Below, in pieces: positions 9,694 through 18,903 of a stretch of 64,000 nt of DNA. The notes beneath the pieces are model-generated. The model was not told the origin of the DNA and made no database searches. It saw only the letters and a list, made by a program, of their open reading frames with translations. Every line of letters begins with the position of its first letter. The stretch's first letter is position 1. This DNA comes from Nanobdellati archaeon (lineage in GTDB: Archaea; Nanobdellota; Nanobdellia; CSSed11-243R1). Where the stretch lies: the NCBI GenBank assembly GCA_027007025.1, contig JALTFL010000002.1, forward strand, positions 167,066 through 231,065. Reading direction: 5' to 3'. Made by a program: the position numbers and the translations under genes.

Positions 9694-9734
9694 CTTCCGT
9701 GGTGTTGGGGATATCCAGTGACCCGGGTTCAAAA

Positions 9735-9779
9735 GCACTTTCTCTCTTTGAAAAGAGAGAACCTGCGCTAAGAGAGAAA
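9735..9779 (+). repeat. triplex-type element copy E (Glu 59/60 intron)
   Basis: ttctctcttt / aaagagagaa / cctgcgct / aagagagaaa. Confidence 0.85.
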
Positions 9780-9884
9780 CTTGGCGAGTGTTTGAAAGTC
9801 CCGGTGGGAGCATTTTTTCTTTTTAGAAAATGTAAAATTTTATGAAGAATTAAATAAAAGGTATTTAATTATAATAAGAAGTAG

Positions 9885-10232
9885 GTGATGATTATCAGTG
9901 GGTTTGGATATGGTATCAAAAAGAGTACAAGCGAAGTAATTACTGGAGTTGTTGCCACCTCAGTTTATGGAGTGTTAGCAAACATGGGATTAATTCCATA
10001 TGAGATAGTTTTAGTATTTAATGTATTATCTATACTAGGGGTAATATTCCTTATAGAGAAAGCTCCATTTTGGTCGCTAACTTACTTAATTGGCTGGGTA
10101 ATTGGTATAATTTTTATGATATCTGTGGGTCTCTTGAGTTGGGTTGATATTACCATTTATATTGCTGTATCAATAGTATCTATTATGATAAAACTGGGTG
10201 TTCTTAACAGTCACTCTTCTCACTCTATATAA
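9885..10232 (+). CDS. hypothetical membrane protein
   Basis: 115-aa hydrophobic ORF. Confidence 0.6.
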   Translation: MMIISGFGYGIKKSTSEVITGVVATSVYGVLANMGLIPYEIVLVFNVLSILGVIFLIEKAPFWSLTYLIGWVIGIIFMISVGLLSWVDITIYIAVSIVSIMIKLGVLNSHSSHSI

Positions 10233-10292
10233 TTATTTATGGTATCATTACCTCAAGGAAATTGAAAATACTTTTCAATGTATAAAAAAGTT

Positions 10293-10520
10293 TTATCTAA
10301 TTTTTTTATACATATCACATAAGTAATCATATAATGAGAACATAAATAAAAATCCTACTGTTTCACCCATGAGCCCACCTAAAAATTCAGCAGATAAAAA
10401 ATATGATACTGTTGCGCCGCCAAGTACGGAAAGGAAGGTAGTGATGATAAATGCTAATCCTATAGAGATATACACTCTTACTTTTAATCTACTTTTGAAT
10501 GTTTCAGTTGTATTTTTCAT
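10293..10520 (-). CDS. small membrane protein
   Basis: 75 aa, two TM segments. Confidence 0.55.
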   Translation of the reverse strand: MKNTTETFKSRLKVRVYISIGLAFIITTFLSVLGGATVSYFLSAEFLGGLMGETVGFLFMFSLYDYLCDMYKKIR

Positions 10521-10593
10521 GTTAATGATTAAATGGTTTGAATTATTTAAATATTTTGATGTATGTCAATAATCTATTTTGTGAAGTAGTATT

Positions 10594-11742
10594 TCACTTT
10601 TTAACAAACGCTATTAACATCACACTTGCGGCTGCGGATGTTATTGCGGCGTAGATGAACGGTGCGCTAGCCCCAACCGAATCCCAAAGAGCCCCCGCAA
10701 TCACGCTTGCTGGAAGGATAGCCAATCCTGACGCTGTCTGGTATATCCCGAGCGCAGTTCCCTTTTCGCTTTTTGGGGACAAGTCGGAAACAAATGCTCT
10801 TGACGTCCCGTCGACGAACGCAATCTGCAGCCCGTAAATGGCGAAGATAATCCATACAAGCGCATTTGAGGTTATGAATGAAAATGCTATCGCCGTCGCC
10901 CCGAGCAATACATAACCCAGCAATATTACATTTTTTCTTCCTATCTTGTCTGACCACATGCCTGCGGGCATTGAAAACACAGCATAGAAAACGTTGTATG
11001 TCAAGTAAAGCAGTGGTATAAAAGCGACGAATATTCCGAGATTCTCGGCTTTAAGTATGTAAAAAGCATAGCTGAAGTTTCCGAGGTTGAACACGACAGA
11101 TGTCAATATAAACAATTTGTAATTTCTGCTGAAATTTTTTAGAGAGAACTTTATCTTGTCCCCTATTTTGTGCCCTACATCTTTTACGAAAAACAAGATG
11201 ACTATAATTGAAAGGAAGGCAGGTATTGTGGCGTACCAGAAGATAGTCCTGTAATTTGTGGTTATATATCTCAGGAGCAAGAACGCGATTATGGTCCCTA
11301 TTATCGCCCCGCTTCTGTCCATCATCCTGTGGAACCCGAACCACTTTCCCCTTCTTTGCTTGCGTATGGATTCTGAAATCAGCGCGTCCCTCGGCGCGTC
11401 CCTTATTCCTTTCCCTATCCTGTCAGATAACCTTACCAAAAACACTTCAGCGACGTTGTTAGCTATTGCAAAAAATGGCTTTGACAGCGCTGAAAGGGAA
11501 TATCCAATTAAAACTAAAATTTTTCTTTTTTTGATTCTGTCAGAAATATGTCCTGAAAACGCCTTGAGTATCGACGCCGTGCTTGTGGCTATTCCTTCTA
11601 TTAGTCCTATTAATGACTTTGGTATTCCAAGAGTGTTGGCTAGAAATAAAGGTAAAAGCGGAAAAATCATATCGCTGCTGATGTCCGTGAATAAACTTAC
11701 CCATCCGAGAGCAATCACGTTCTTTTTAGCGTCTTTCTTCAT
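10594..11742 (-). CDS. MFS transporter
   Basis: SLFTDISSDMIFPLLP, DRIGKGIRDAPRDALI, SDKIGRK; start placed at ATG 11742. Confidence 0.88.
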   Translation of the reverse strand: MKKDAKKNVIALGWVSLFTDISSDMIFPLLPLFLANTLGIPKSLIGLIEGIATSTASILKAFSGHISDRIKKRKILVLIGYSLSALSKPFFAIANNVAEVFLVRLSDRIGKGIRDAPRDALISESIRKQRRGKWFGFHRMMDRSGAIIGTIIAFLLLRYITTNYRTIFWYATIPAFLSIIVILFFVKDVGHKIGDKIKFSLKNFSRNYKLFILTSVVFNLGNFSYAFYILKAENLGIFVAFIPLLYLTYNVFYAVFSMPAGMWSDKIGRKNVILLGYVLLGATAIAFSFITSNALVWIIFAIYGLQIAFVDGTSRAFVSDLSPKSEKGTALGIYQTASGLAILPASVIAGALWDSVGASAPFIYAAITSAAASVMLIAFVKK

Positions 11743-12100
11743 AGTTAGATAATGGCGCAAAGATGTTATTAAATGTATCGAATCCCTCTGCGACATAAAG
11801 AACATTATCTTTGACTTCAGCGATTTCTCCCCTTTTTGAAGGAAGTCCGCTGTTGGATTCAACAATGTTTTTGTAAATACCCTTAACAGATATGTTCTCT
11901 TTTGTGTTTTCAAGAGGTATCTCTGTGTAATTCACTCCGAGACTTGTTTTGCTGCGATTGTATACTACTAATTTCCCATCATCAGTTAATTCTATTGCGG
12001 AGTTCCAATCTCCTTCATAAAGCCTTTTTTCTATCTTGGACATCTTCTTGTTATCTTTTCCACCAAGGAGCTTAATTAACTCCTCATCAGTAGTAACCAT
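11726..12100 (-). CDS. hypothetical protein
   Basis: 124-aa ORF with TTTATAAA upstream. Confidence 0.55.
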   Translation of the reverse strand: MVTTDEELIKLLGGKDNKKMSKIEKRLYEGDWNSAIELTDDGKLVVYNRSKTSLGVNYTEIPLENTKENISVKGIYKNIVESNSGLPSKRGEIAEVKDNVLYVAEGFDTFNNIFAPLSNYEERR

Positions 12101-12172
12101 ACTATTTGAGAAGCATAACTCTTTTATAAACTTAACTATTTGGAAATTTAATAATCAGTCGGAGGTGATTAG

Positions 12173-12766
12173 ATGGTAGATTATGTAAAAGCAGTTAAGA
12201 GACCGTTCAGTGACTTGGCAAAGTTGTTAATTTATATTGTAATAAGTGTAATACCAATAGTGAATTTTATCAGTAGCGGTTATTTGCTTGATGTTGCTCA
12301 AACATCGATGAGACGGAAGAGTAAATTACCAGAGTTCAATGATTATACACGCTTATTTATAGAAGGAATAAAGATGATTATAATTGGATTTATTTATATG
12401 ATACCAGCATTAATTATTATGGTGCTTGCAGGGGTATCTATTGGATTTAAAATTACATCTTTAGCCACTTTTGGAGTGGGTATGATATTGGCGATAATAA
12501 CAGCATTGATTATGGCTTATATCAGCACTGGAGCAATATTGAGATATGCGGAGAAGAGGAACATAAAAGAAGCATTTAATTGTAGGGCAATTGGAAAGAA
12601 GATATTTAACTCTAAATTCTTCGTAGGCTGGATAATTGCGTTAGTGATAGCAGTGGTAATTGATGTTGTGCTTGGTATTATCCCATTGATTGGCGCATTG
12701 CTTGGAGCAGCGATAGGAGGAATTTTTTACATGAGTGTTATGGGAGAAATTTACGCTGAGGCGTAA
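12173..12766 (+). CDS. DUF4013-like membrane protein
   Basis: GGAGGTGA SD; AVKRPF, IPIVNF..GY, LPEF..Y..LFIEG pattern. Confidence 0.75.
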   Translation: MVDYVKAVKRPFSDLAKLLIYIVISVIPIVNFISSGYLLDVAQTSMRRKSKLPEFNDYTRLFIEGIKMIIIGFIYMIPALIIMVLAGVSIGFKITSLATFGVGMILAIITALIMAYISTGAILRYAEKRNIKEAFNCRAIGKKIFNSKFFVGWIIALVIAVVIDVVLGIIPLIGALLGAAIGGIFYMSVMGEIYAEA

Positions 12767-12837
12767 TCCCCTTTCTTTTATTTTTTGCTTAGTAAACTTT
12801 TTAAGCGATTGTCACTCCTAATAAGTTAGGGTTTACA

Positions 12838-13488
12838 ATGAGTGATTCACTAACTGTTGCTGAAATTAAAAATATGAGCTTGGATGAATTAGTTCTAAAC
12901 AAAGATAAACTCCCTGACGTGGTAGATATATCTGAATTAACCTCCGATAATTTTGAGGATTTTAAATTTTGGCTTGATTACATAGACTGCAAAGAAGATG
13001 ACAATCCTGTCAAGAGTGTTAATTTTAACTTTGGAGATTCTACGAGGTATTTTCTTTCAGCTTATGGTGGAATGCCAGCCCTTATTGCCGCACATGAAGG
13101 CCTCCACGCTTTTGGGGGATTAGTTTCTGGAGCGACTATAGAGAAGATAGGTGTTAATTCCACAGGATTTTATGTTACGATGAGTGGGGATAATGTTGCT
13201 CGTTTTGTTTCTTCGATTGCACCGAACGCTGTTCTTCCGATTTTTGGTTTTTATTACATTAAAAAAGGAATTGATGAAAATGATACCGCCTATCTTGGAA
13301 TTGGTGCCTCTGCCACGCTGCTAAATTTTGGTTCAATATTTTTAGATTATGGGGACTTCGCAAATTTGACCGGTAGCGGGATAATTGGAAGATTATCTGC
13401 TTTGGGTATTGGTTTAGCAACTTATGGTATTGCATATGTTATTTCTTCTTTTGCCTACAAGCGAAGTAAAAGATTTAAAAACAAATAA
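12838..13488 (+). CDS. putative membrane zinc metallopeptidase (M50-like)
   Basis: AHEGLH (HExxH), IAP and DF motifs within TM region. Confidence 0.6.
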   Translation: MSDSLTVAEIKNMSLDELVLNKDKLPDVVDISELTSDNFEDFKFWLDYIDCKEDDNPVKSVNFNFGDSTRYFLSAYGGMPALIAAHEGLHAFGGLVSGATIEKIGVNSTGFYVTMSGDNVARFVSSIAPNAVLPIFGFYYIKKGIDENDTAYLGIGASATLLNFGSIFLDYGDFANLTGSGIIGRLSALGIGLATYGIAYVISSFAYKRSKRFKNK

Positions 13489-13531
13489 AGGGTAAAAATT
13501 TACATGCGGGGGTGCCGGAGAGCCTTTCTTT

Positions 13532-13565
13532 CCGCCTTCTTAAAAAGAAGGCAGGTTGCCAAGAA
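13532..13565 (+). repeat. triplex-type element copy F (Leu 15/16 intron; 11-nt spacer subfamily)
   Basis: gccttctt / aagaa / ggcaggttgcc / aagaa. Confidence 0.7.
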
Positions 13566-13608
13566 GGAAAGAAAGAGCACGGAACGGTCAAACGGGCTGG
13601 GCTTAGGC

Positions 13609-13645
13609 GCATCTTTTCTTAAGAAGAAAAGCTGCACCAAAAGAA
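13609..13645 (+). repeat. triplex-type element copy G (Leu 37/38 intron)
   Basis: ttttctt / aagaaaa / gctgcacc / aaaagaa. Confidence 0.85.
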
Positions 13646-13694
13646 ATCATTTTGGTGGATGCGTGGAAACCCAGTGGGTTAGTCCCTACGCGAG

Positions 13695-13735
13695 TAAGCC
13701 TTTTCTTGCGAAGAAAAGCCTTAAGGGAAAAGAAG
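13695..13735 (+). repeat. triplex-type element copy H (Leu 53/54 intron)
   Basis: cttttctt / gaagaaaag / ccttaagg / gaaaagaag. Confidence 0.85.
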
Positions 13736-13782
13736 CAGGATGGCTTCGCGATTTCGAATCTCGTCCCCCGCATTTCATTATT

Positions 13783-13968
13783 ATGGCAAAGTGCAAATGG
13801 TACAATGTTTGTCCTATCGTGAGGTTTGTTGAGGAAGGCAGGCTCGATAGGAAGTGGGTTGAGAAATACTGCCTTGTTGGCAACAAAAAATGCATCCGTT
13901 ACCAAATGGAGGAAAAGGACGAGCCCCATCCTGACAATTTGCTTCCGGATGGAACTTACTTAAAGTAG
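13783..13968 (+). CDS. small Cys-rich hypothetical protein (61 aa)
   Basis: MAKCKWYNVCP...YC...C.RY...HPDNLLPDG; the upstream part of the track ORF is tRNA-Leu. Confidence 0.7.
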   Translation: MAKCKWYNVCPIVRFVEEGRLDRKWVEKYCLVGNKKCIRYQMEEKDEPHPDNLLPDGTYLK

Positions 13969-14002
13969 TTAACTTTTTAATTTAAGACTTCTTTTAGCTT
14001 TT

Positions 14003-16282
14003 ATGTCGCTTGAAGGGATTGAATTACAACTTATTAGAAATATATCAGTTCTTGAGCAAATCTTCTCAAAGCATGAAAGTTTCTTAGAGAGATTAGGTTC
14101 TTCTATAGCGAAATATGTGGAAGTTGCAGATATATCAAAGCCGCTTGTTGAAGCGGCAGGGGCGGAGATTGAATCAAAGGGAAGGGCATCTAGAAGAACG
14201 GTTTATGGAAGAAGAGGTGCATTTGGGAAGGGAAAAAGAGGCAAGGGAATTGTTCAATATCTTAGCGAGAAAAGCTGGGTGCTTGGCAATTTGATTCGTC
14301 TTGTTAAGGTTGAAAGGGCAGAGGCAGCTGAACAAGCAAGGTATCTTTATGTCACTTTAAGAGAAGTTAATTTAGAGGAAAAAAATGAAAAGTCTGAGGA
14401 GAGTAAAGAATCTAAGAAACTGAAGGCGAGAATAAAGAAAGTTGAAAAATTGACTCTTGCATGTGAGAAAGTTTTAGACAAAGAAGCAACACGGGATAAA
14501 AAATTAGCAAAAGTAACTGCAAAAGAAGTTGCCGCTTTAACTACAGCATATCACCTTTCTATGCGTGAAGGTATTTTTGCAAGGCGGCTTTTAAGTATTA
14601 TTGGCGCATCGGGAGCACTTAAAAGATTAGACATACTCTTTCAGAAAGAAGAGATCTTCTTTGCCAAGTTTATGAAGGAAGAAAATTGGATTGTTGATGA
14701 CATCGCTAATGATCTTAAAGGTATATTTAAATTAATAAAAGAAAATGAGAAAATCGAAAAGTTGATCGGTGGATCTACAGCTAAAATTAAGGGAGAAGAA
14801 AAACAGGCAAAGAAAGAAGAGAAAGTCTCTATGAGGATTAGGAGATTGATGAATTCGCTTGAGAAAATACAGAAACATTTAGAAAAAGTCAAAAAAGGTG
14901 CTGCAAAATATGGCATTAAAATTGAAAAATCAATTGTTATGCTTAATACGGAAGAAAAAGAGGTTCTTAAAGGGGAAAAGGAGGAAGAGAGAGATTTAGG
15001 TGATATTGAAAATCTATTTGAGAATATGAGAAGGTTTTCTTTGATGATTTCTAGATTTGATAATTCAATTTCCATAGCTGAGATTAGATTAGAGCCACAG
15101 ATTAAGTGGATAAACACAGCATTGATAAGTGCATACAAATTATCGAAAAAGAATCCTGCCGGTGTTACTTCCTTTTTGGGAAAAGTTGGAAATTTTGCTG
15201 GAAAAGCATTGGTTCCCTCGCTTAAGCGTATAGATGAAGAAAGAAGAGAATTGTTTAAGGAATTTGTTGGTGAAGAAGGTGTAATTAAAAGCTTGGAAAA
15301 GGATATGAGTAAGATGTATCAGCTTGAGAACAACGGTTTTGTCAGGGAATTAAAAAAGATGGAAACAAGTTTAGTAAAAATTGAGAAAAATGTCGTTGCC
15401 GGCAACAGAAAGGCAGTCGCGGATTTGAAAAAGGACATTGCTGAGTTAAGAGGCTCTTTGAGGGAAGAAAAAACGGTTGTTAAGGAAGAAGCACAATCTG
15501 GAGCTCAAAAAACAGCAGGTGAGGAAACTGAGACAAGGGCAAAGATTGCAGAATTAAACAAAAGAATTCTGGAAATTAAATCTAAATTTAGGGATATGAA
15601 GAGAGAATTTGACCCCGCTGTTAGGAAGTTTAAGCAGGCAGTTAAGGACGCACCTGAATTTAAGTTTGCAAATAAGACTTTGTTTGGGGTGTTTGGTAAG
15701 AATGTTGAGGCTAGAATGATAAAAGATGTTGACATAGCTGGGCATTATTTGAGGGATGAGGAGGATGTGGATTCCAAGGAGATTACAGCGCTTCGTAGAT
15801 GGACAGAGAATGTTACTGAGATTGACAATTATGCCTTGTTTGTTCGAGAGGTATATAAATCATTTCAAGATGAAAATCGGATGTTGAAAAGGATGATTTT
15901 CTTTTACAAAGACATTGCTCTATTTGAAAAAGATTTCTCTCTTGATGTGAGGAAGGCAGAAAAAACAATAGCAGACTTGGAAGCTGCAGTAAGGGATATA
16001 GAGGAAGTTATGAATAGGCACGCAGATATGTTTGGCGAGGAAGAAAGAGAGATGTTCACAGAGTTTAGGGAAATTTTCAGTAATTCTACTGCCATGTTGA
16101 ATGAGTTAAAAAGGACTGAAAATGCGCTTCTAGTGTATGCCCATAGCCTTCCGCAGATGATAGAAGCGAGCAAACGGGCAGAAGAATATGTGAATGATAT
16201 AAAAAAGTTGCTTAAGGAATCAGTGAAAAATGCAGTCAAACTCAAGAAAATCATGAGCAAAGGAATTCAGGCAAGATTATAG
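14003..16282 (+). CDS. large coiled-coil protein of unknown function
   Basis: 759 aa, E/K-rich heptads, no Walker motifs or TM seen. Confidence 0.75.
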   Translation: MSLEGIELQLIRNISVLEQIFSKHESFLERLGSSIAKYVEVADISKPLVEAAGAEIESKGRASRRTVYGRRGAFGKGKRGKGIVQYLSEKSWVLGNLIRLVKVERAEAAEQARYLYVTLREVNLEEKNEKSEESKESKKLKARIKKVEKLTLACEKVLDKEATRDKKLAKVTAKEVAALTTAYHLSMREGIFARRLLSIIGASGALKRLDILFQKEEIFFAKFMKEENWIVDDIANDLKGIFKLIKENEKIEKLIGGSTAKIKGEEKQAKKEEKVSMRIRRLMNSLEKIQKHLEKVKKGAAKYGIKIEKSIVMLNTEEKEVLKGEKEEERDLGDIENLFENMRRFSLMISRFDNSISIAEIRLEPQIKWINTALISAYKLSKKNPAGVTSFLGKVGNFAGKALVPSLKRIDEERRELFKEFVGEEGVIKSLEKDMSKMYQLENNGFVRELKKMETSLVKIEKNVVAGNRKAVADLKKDIAELRGSLREEKTVVKEEAQSGAQKTAGEETETRAKIAELNKRILEIKSKFRDMKREFDPAVRKFKQAVKDAPEFKFANKTLFGVFGKNVEARMIKDVDIAGHYLRDEEDVDSKEITALRRWTENVTEIDNYALFVREVYKSFQDENRMLKRMIFFYKDIALFEKDFSLDVRKAEKTIADLEAAVRDIEEVMNRHADMFGEEEREMFTEFREIFSNSTAMLNELKRTENALLVYAHSLPQMIEASKRAEEYVNDIKKLLKESVKNAVKLKKIMSKGIQARL

Positions 16283-16311
16283 TAAATTATTAAATTATTC
16301 AGCTTCTTGAA

Positions 16312-16914
16312 ATGTTAATGGGAACATATGTCAAAAAATTGGAAGACTTTGAAAAACAGTTGGACTTGAAAAAGGAAGGCTTAACCATTACTGTTTCTGG
16401 GCTCTCAGGCTCTGGGAAATCCACTATTGGCAAGGCAATTGCGAAGGCATTTGGATTGGAACTGAAAAGCATGGGCGACGTCTTTCGTGATAGCGCGAAA
16501 GAAAAAGGTATTTCTATTGAGGAATTTTCAAAGTCGCGCAGCGAGGAAACAGATATCCTGCTTGACAAAAAAACTCTTGAGTTTGCCAAGAAGGGAAATG
16601 TTGTCCTTATCGGAAGGCTGACCGCGTGGGTCGCTGGCGACAACGCGGATGTCAAGCTTTGGGTTGACTGCGACAAGCAAACAAGAATCAAGAGGGTTGC
16701 TAAAAGAGAAAATATTTCCGAGGAAGAAGCAAAAAGGCGAATTGAGGAAAGGGACACTGCCGACGCCGAGAGATATAGTGAACTTTATGGAATTGACGTA
16801 AATGACAAGGGAGTTTATGACATCTTATTCGACAACACTGACGCGACATTTGAAGAAGCAATTACAAAACCCGTCGAGGCAATAAAAATATTACTGGACA
16901 GCACCTCAAACTAA
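16312..16914 (+). CDS. cmk: archaeal cytidylate kinase
   Basis: ITVSGLSGSGKST, GDVFR, GRLTAW, RYSELYGID. Confidence 0.85.
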   Translation: MLMGTYVKKLEDFEKQLDLKKEGLTITVSGLSGSGKSTIGKAIAKAFGLELKSMGDVFRDSAKEKGISIEEFSKSRSEETDILLDKKTLEFAKKGNVVLIGRLTAWVAGDNADVKLWVDCDKQTRIKRVAKRENISEEEAKRRIEERDTADAERYSELYGIDVNDKGVYDILFDNTDATFEEAITKPVEAIKILLDSTSN

Positions 16915-16932
16915 ATAAATACTGCTAGTATT

Positions 16933-17535
16933 ATGTTTTGTATGATTGATATAAATGGAAATAAAATAACACTTAAACGCCCTCTAACTCACTTGGATAA
17001 GTTTGTATTAAAGTTTATATCTGTACTTGATAAACTTAAGATAAAATATGTGATTGTTTCTGGATATGTTTCTATTTTATTGGGGAGGGCAAGAATGACA
17101 GAGGATGTTGATATTTTAATAGAAAAGTTAAGTGCACCTGATTTTACCAAGTTAGTTAAGGATATCGTGAAAAGTGGTTTTTGGTGTTTAAATTCGGATG
17201 ATTTATCTGAACTCTTTGAACTTATGAAAACTGGTCATTCTATCCGGTTTGCTGAAAAGGGGATTGTTATTCCAAATATAGAACTTAGGTTTGTTGATAA
17301 TTCTATCGACTTAGGTGCTTTGAAGAATCGTTTAGTTGTTAAATTAAGTGAGCATCGATTAAATATTTCTTCATTAGAGCTTCAGATAGCGTACAAGCTT
17401 TATCTTGGTAGCGATAAAGACGTTGAAGATGCGAGATATCTTTATAAGTTATTCGGCAATTTCATTAATAAGCGGAAGCTTAATGATTTTGTGGATATAT
17501 TAAAAGTCAAGGATAAGGTGAAGTACCTTGAATAG
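16933..17535 (+). CDS. nucleotidyltransferase (AbiEii-like superfamily)
   Basis: YVIVSGY...GRARMTEDVDIL...LQIAYKLYLGSDKDVEDA. Confidence 0.75.
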   Translation: MFCMIDINGNKITLKRPLTHLDKFVLKFISVLDKLKIKYVIVSGYVSILLGRARMTEDVDILIEKLSAPDFTKLVKDIVKSGFWCLNSDDLSELFELMKTGHSIRFAEKGIVIPNIELRFVDNSIDLGALKNRLVVKLSEHRLNISSLELQIAYKLYLGSDKDVEDARYLYKLFGNFINKRKLNDFVDILKVKDKVKYLE

Positions 17536-17677
17536 TTTGTTAACTCAATTGAAAAAGCAAAAGGAAAAAAATTTTGAGGATAGGCTTAGATTTATTGATA
17601 TATGGGTAAATTTTGTGAAAAAACATCCTAAGAAAAGCAGCAAGCAGTATAAAAAATTATTAGATAGTTTGTATTAA
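17528..17677 (+). CDS. small helical partner protein (49 aa, TTG start)
   Basis: AGGTGA SD; MNSLLTQLKKQKEKNFEDRLRFIDIWVNFVKKHPKKSSKQYKKLLDSLY fills the gap exactly. Confidence 0.6.
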   Translation: MNSLLTQLKKQKEKNFEDRLRFIDIWVNFVKKHPKKSSKQYKKLLDSLY

Positions 17678-17678
17678 A

Positions 17679-18878
17679 ATGGTTGCTCCGGCGAATCTTT
17701 GCGTGATATGTAAGGGAACAAAGCACCTGTGCGGAATAAATCCCTGCCCGCTTCTTGCTAAATTCAACGTCAAGCCAAAAATGAATATTGACAAGGAATT
17801 CTCGGGTCCATCGACGTCGGTTTTTGTGGGGCACTCAAATTATCCAAATGTTTTTGTCGGCCCGATAGGCGCCCTTGAAAACGAAAACATTGTTGACAAT
17901 CCCGCAAAATGGTTCGGCATGGAGTATGACAAAATAATTGAGATGCGTTCCCTCACAATCCGCTCGAAGTCTATCCAGAATGTAAAGTCAAAAGGAAAAT
18001 TTGTTGAGGAAAATCAGCTTCTTGCCATGTCAAAGAAGCCGACTGATGTTGACTTGAAATTTTTTAAGAAGCCAAATTTTAGAGTGAGTTTTTCGGATGT
18101 AACTCAGCCGATGGGTGCCTCCGCGCCAATTGAAAAATTGAAAATCATTGATAATCCCAAAATACCCCATAAAGTTGAAAAAGTTGTGGATGACGAATTA
18201 AAGGCGGTGGAGCAGGTTAACATACTGAAAAATAATTTTGACATCTATTACATCACCAACATATTCTCGAGCGGAGCCCTTGGCAAACATGAAAATCAAA
18301 AACTTGTCCCCACGAGATGGAGTATAACTGCTGTCGATGATATTCTCGCGAAGGAGATGATTAAAAGAATCAAAGATTATCCAAAGATAAATTCCTATTC
18401 TGTTTATGAGTCAAAATATCTGGACAACCATTTCATCATTTTGTTAATGCCCGGCAGATGGGAGTACGAAAACTTTGAGGCTTGGGCTCCCGGTTCGTCA
18501 TGGGCGCAGCAGGCAAAAGAAACGATAATCCTTGAAGAGTATGAGCCGTTTGACGGAAGGAAGAAATACGCCGACAAGGAGGCGGGTGGATATTACGCCG
18601 CGAGGTTTGCTGTGTGCGAGGCACTGGACAAAATGAAAAGGCAGGCGAGAGTCATTGTCTTCCGCGAGGTTTCTGAAGGATATATTGTGCCATTGGGAGT
18701 CTGGCAGGTAAGGGAAAATGTGAGAAACGCTATGAATTCACACCCGATTAAGTTTGATTCTCTTAATGAAGCACTTTTATATATACACTCTAAATTGAGA
18801 ATCCCGATTTTTGAATACAGGAAACAAAGCAGGATACTTCAGCAGAAAAACTTGCTTGATTTTTACCGAAAGATTTAA
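17679..18878 (+). CDS. nreA: Nre-family DNA repair protein
   Basis: N-terminal CxxCKG..LCG..PCP, LVPTRWSITAVDD, GGYYAAR, C-terminal PIP box QKNLLDFY. Confidence 0.88.
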   Translation: MVAPANLCVICKGTKHLCGINPCPLLAKFNVKPKMNIDKEFSGPSTSVFVGHSNYPNVFVGPIGALENENIVDNPAKWFGMEYDKIIEMRSLTIRSKSIQNVKSKGKFVEENQLLAMSKKPTDVDLKFFKKPNFRVSFSDVTQPMGASAPIEKLKIIDNPKIPHKVEKVVDDELKAVEQVNILKNNFDIYYITNIFSSGALGKHENQKLVPTRWSITAVDDILAKEMIKRIKDYPKINSYSVYESKYLDNHFIILLMPGRWEYENFEAWAPGSSWAQQAKETIILEEYEPFDGRKKYADKEAGGYYAARFAVCEALDKMKRQARVIVFREVSEGYIVPLGVWQVRENVRNAMNSHPIKFDSLNEALLYIHSKLRIPIFEYRKQSRILQQKNLLDFYRKI

Positions 18879-18903
18879 AAGTGCCATTTTAGAGTAGTTG
18901 CAT

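Larger units (their letters stand above)
9560..9812 (+). tRNA. tRNA-Glu(CTC) with 3 introns: 15/16 at 9575-9630, 37/38 at 9656-9712, 59/60 at 9734-9798
   Basis: Spliced GCTCCCATAGTCTAGTCCGGTCAAGGATGCTGGACTCTCGATCCAGTGACCCGGGTTCAAATCCCGGTGGGAGCA; splice helices GTCT/GGAC, CTCT/GGGG, TTCA/TGAA. Confidence 0.92.
13506..13772 (+). tRNA. tRNA-Leu(TAG) with 3 introns: 15/16 at 13521-13584, 37/38 at 13608-13668, 53/54 at 13695-13752
   Basis: Acceptor GCGGGGG/CCCCCGC, CTGGG-CTTAGGA-CCCAG, long variable arm; clean BHB CGCG-AG|T...CGCG-AT|T at 53/54. Confidence 0.92.

Noticed and set aside
9571-9813. Track ORFs 9571-9813 and 24189-24539 share the peptide PGLSNTRQVSLLAQVLSFQREKVLLNPGH
   Set aside because: Both are antisense translations of the identical tRNA T-loop intron, not a protein family
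13504-13782. N-terminal part of the 154-aa ORF; likewise ORFs 4377-4631, 20732-20932 and 25348-25542
   Set aside because: They overlap intron-containing tRNA genes and are shadow ORFs
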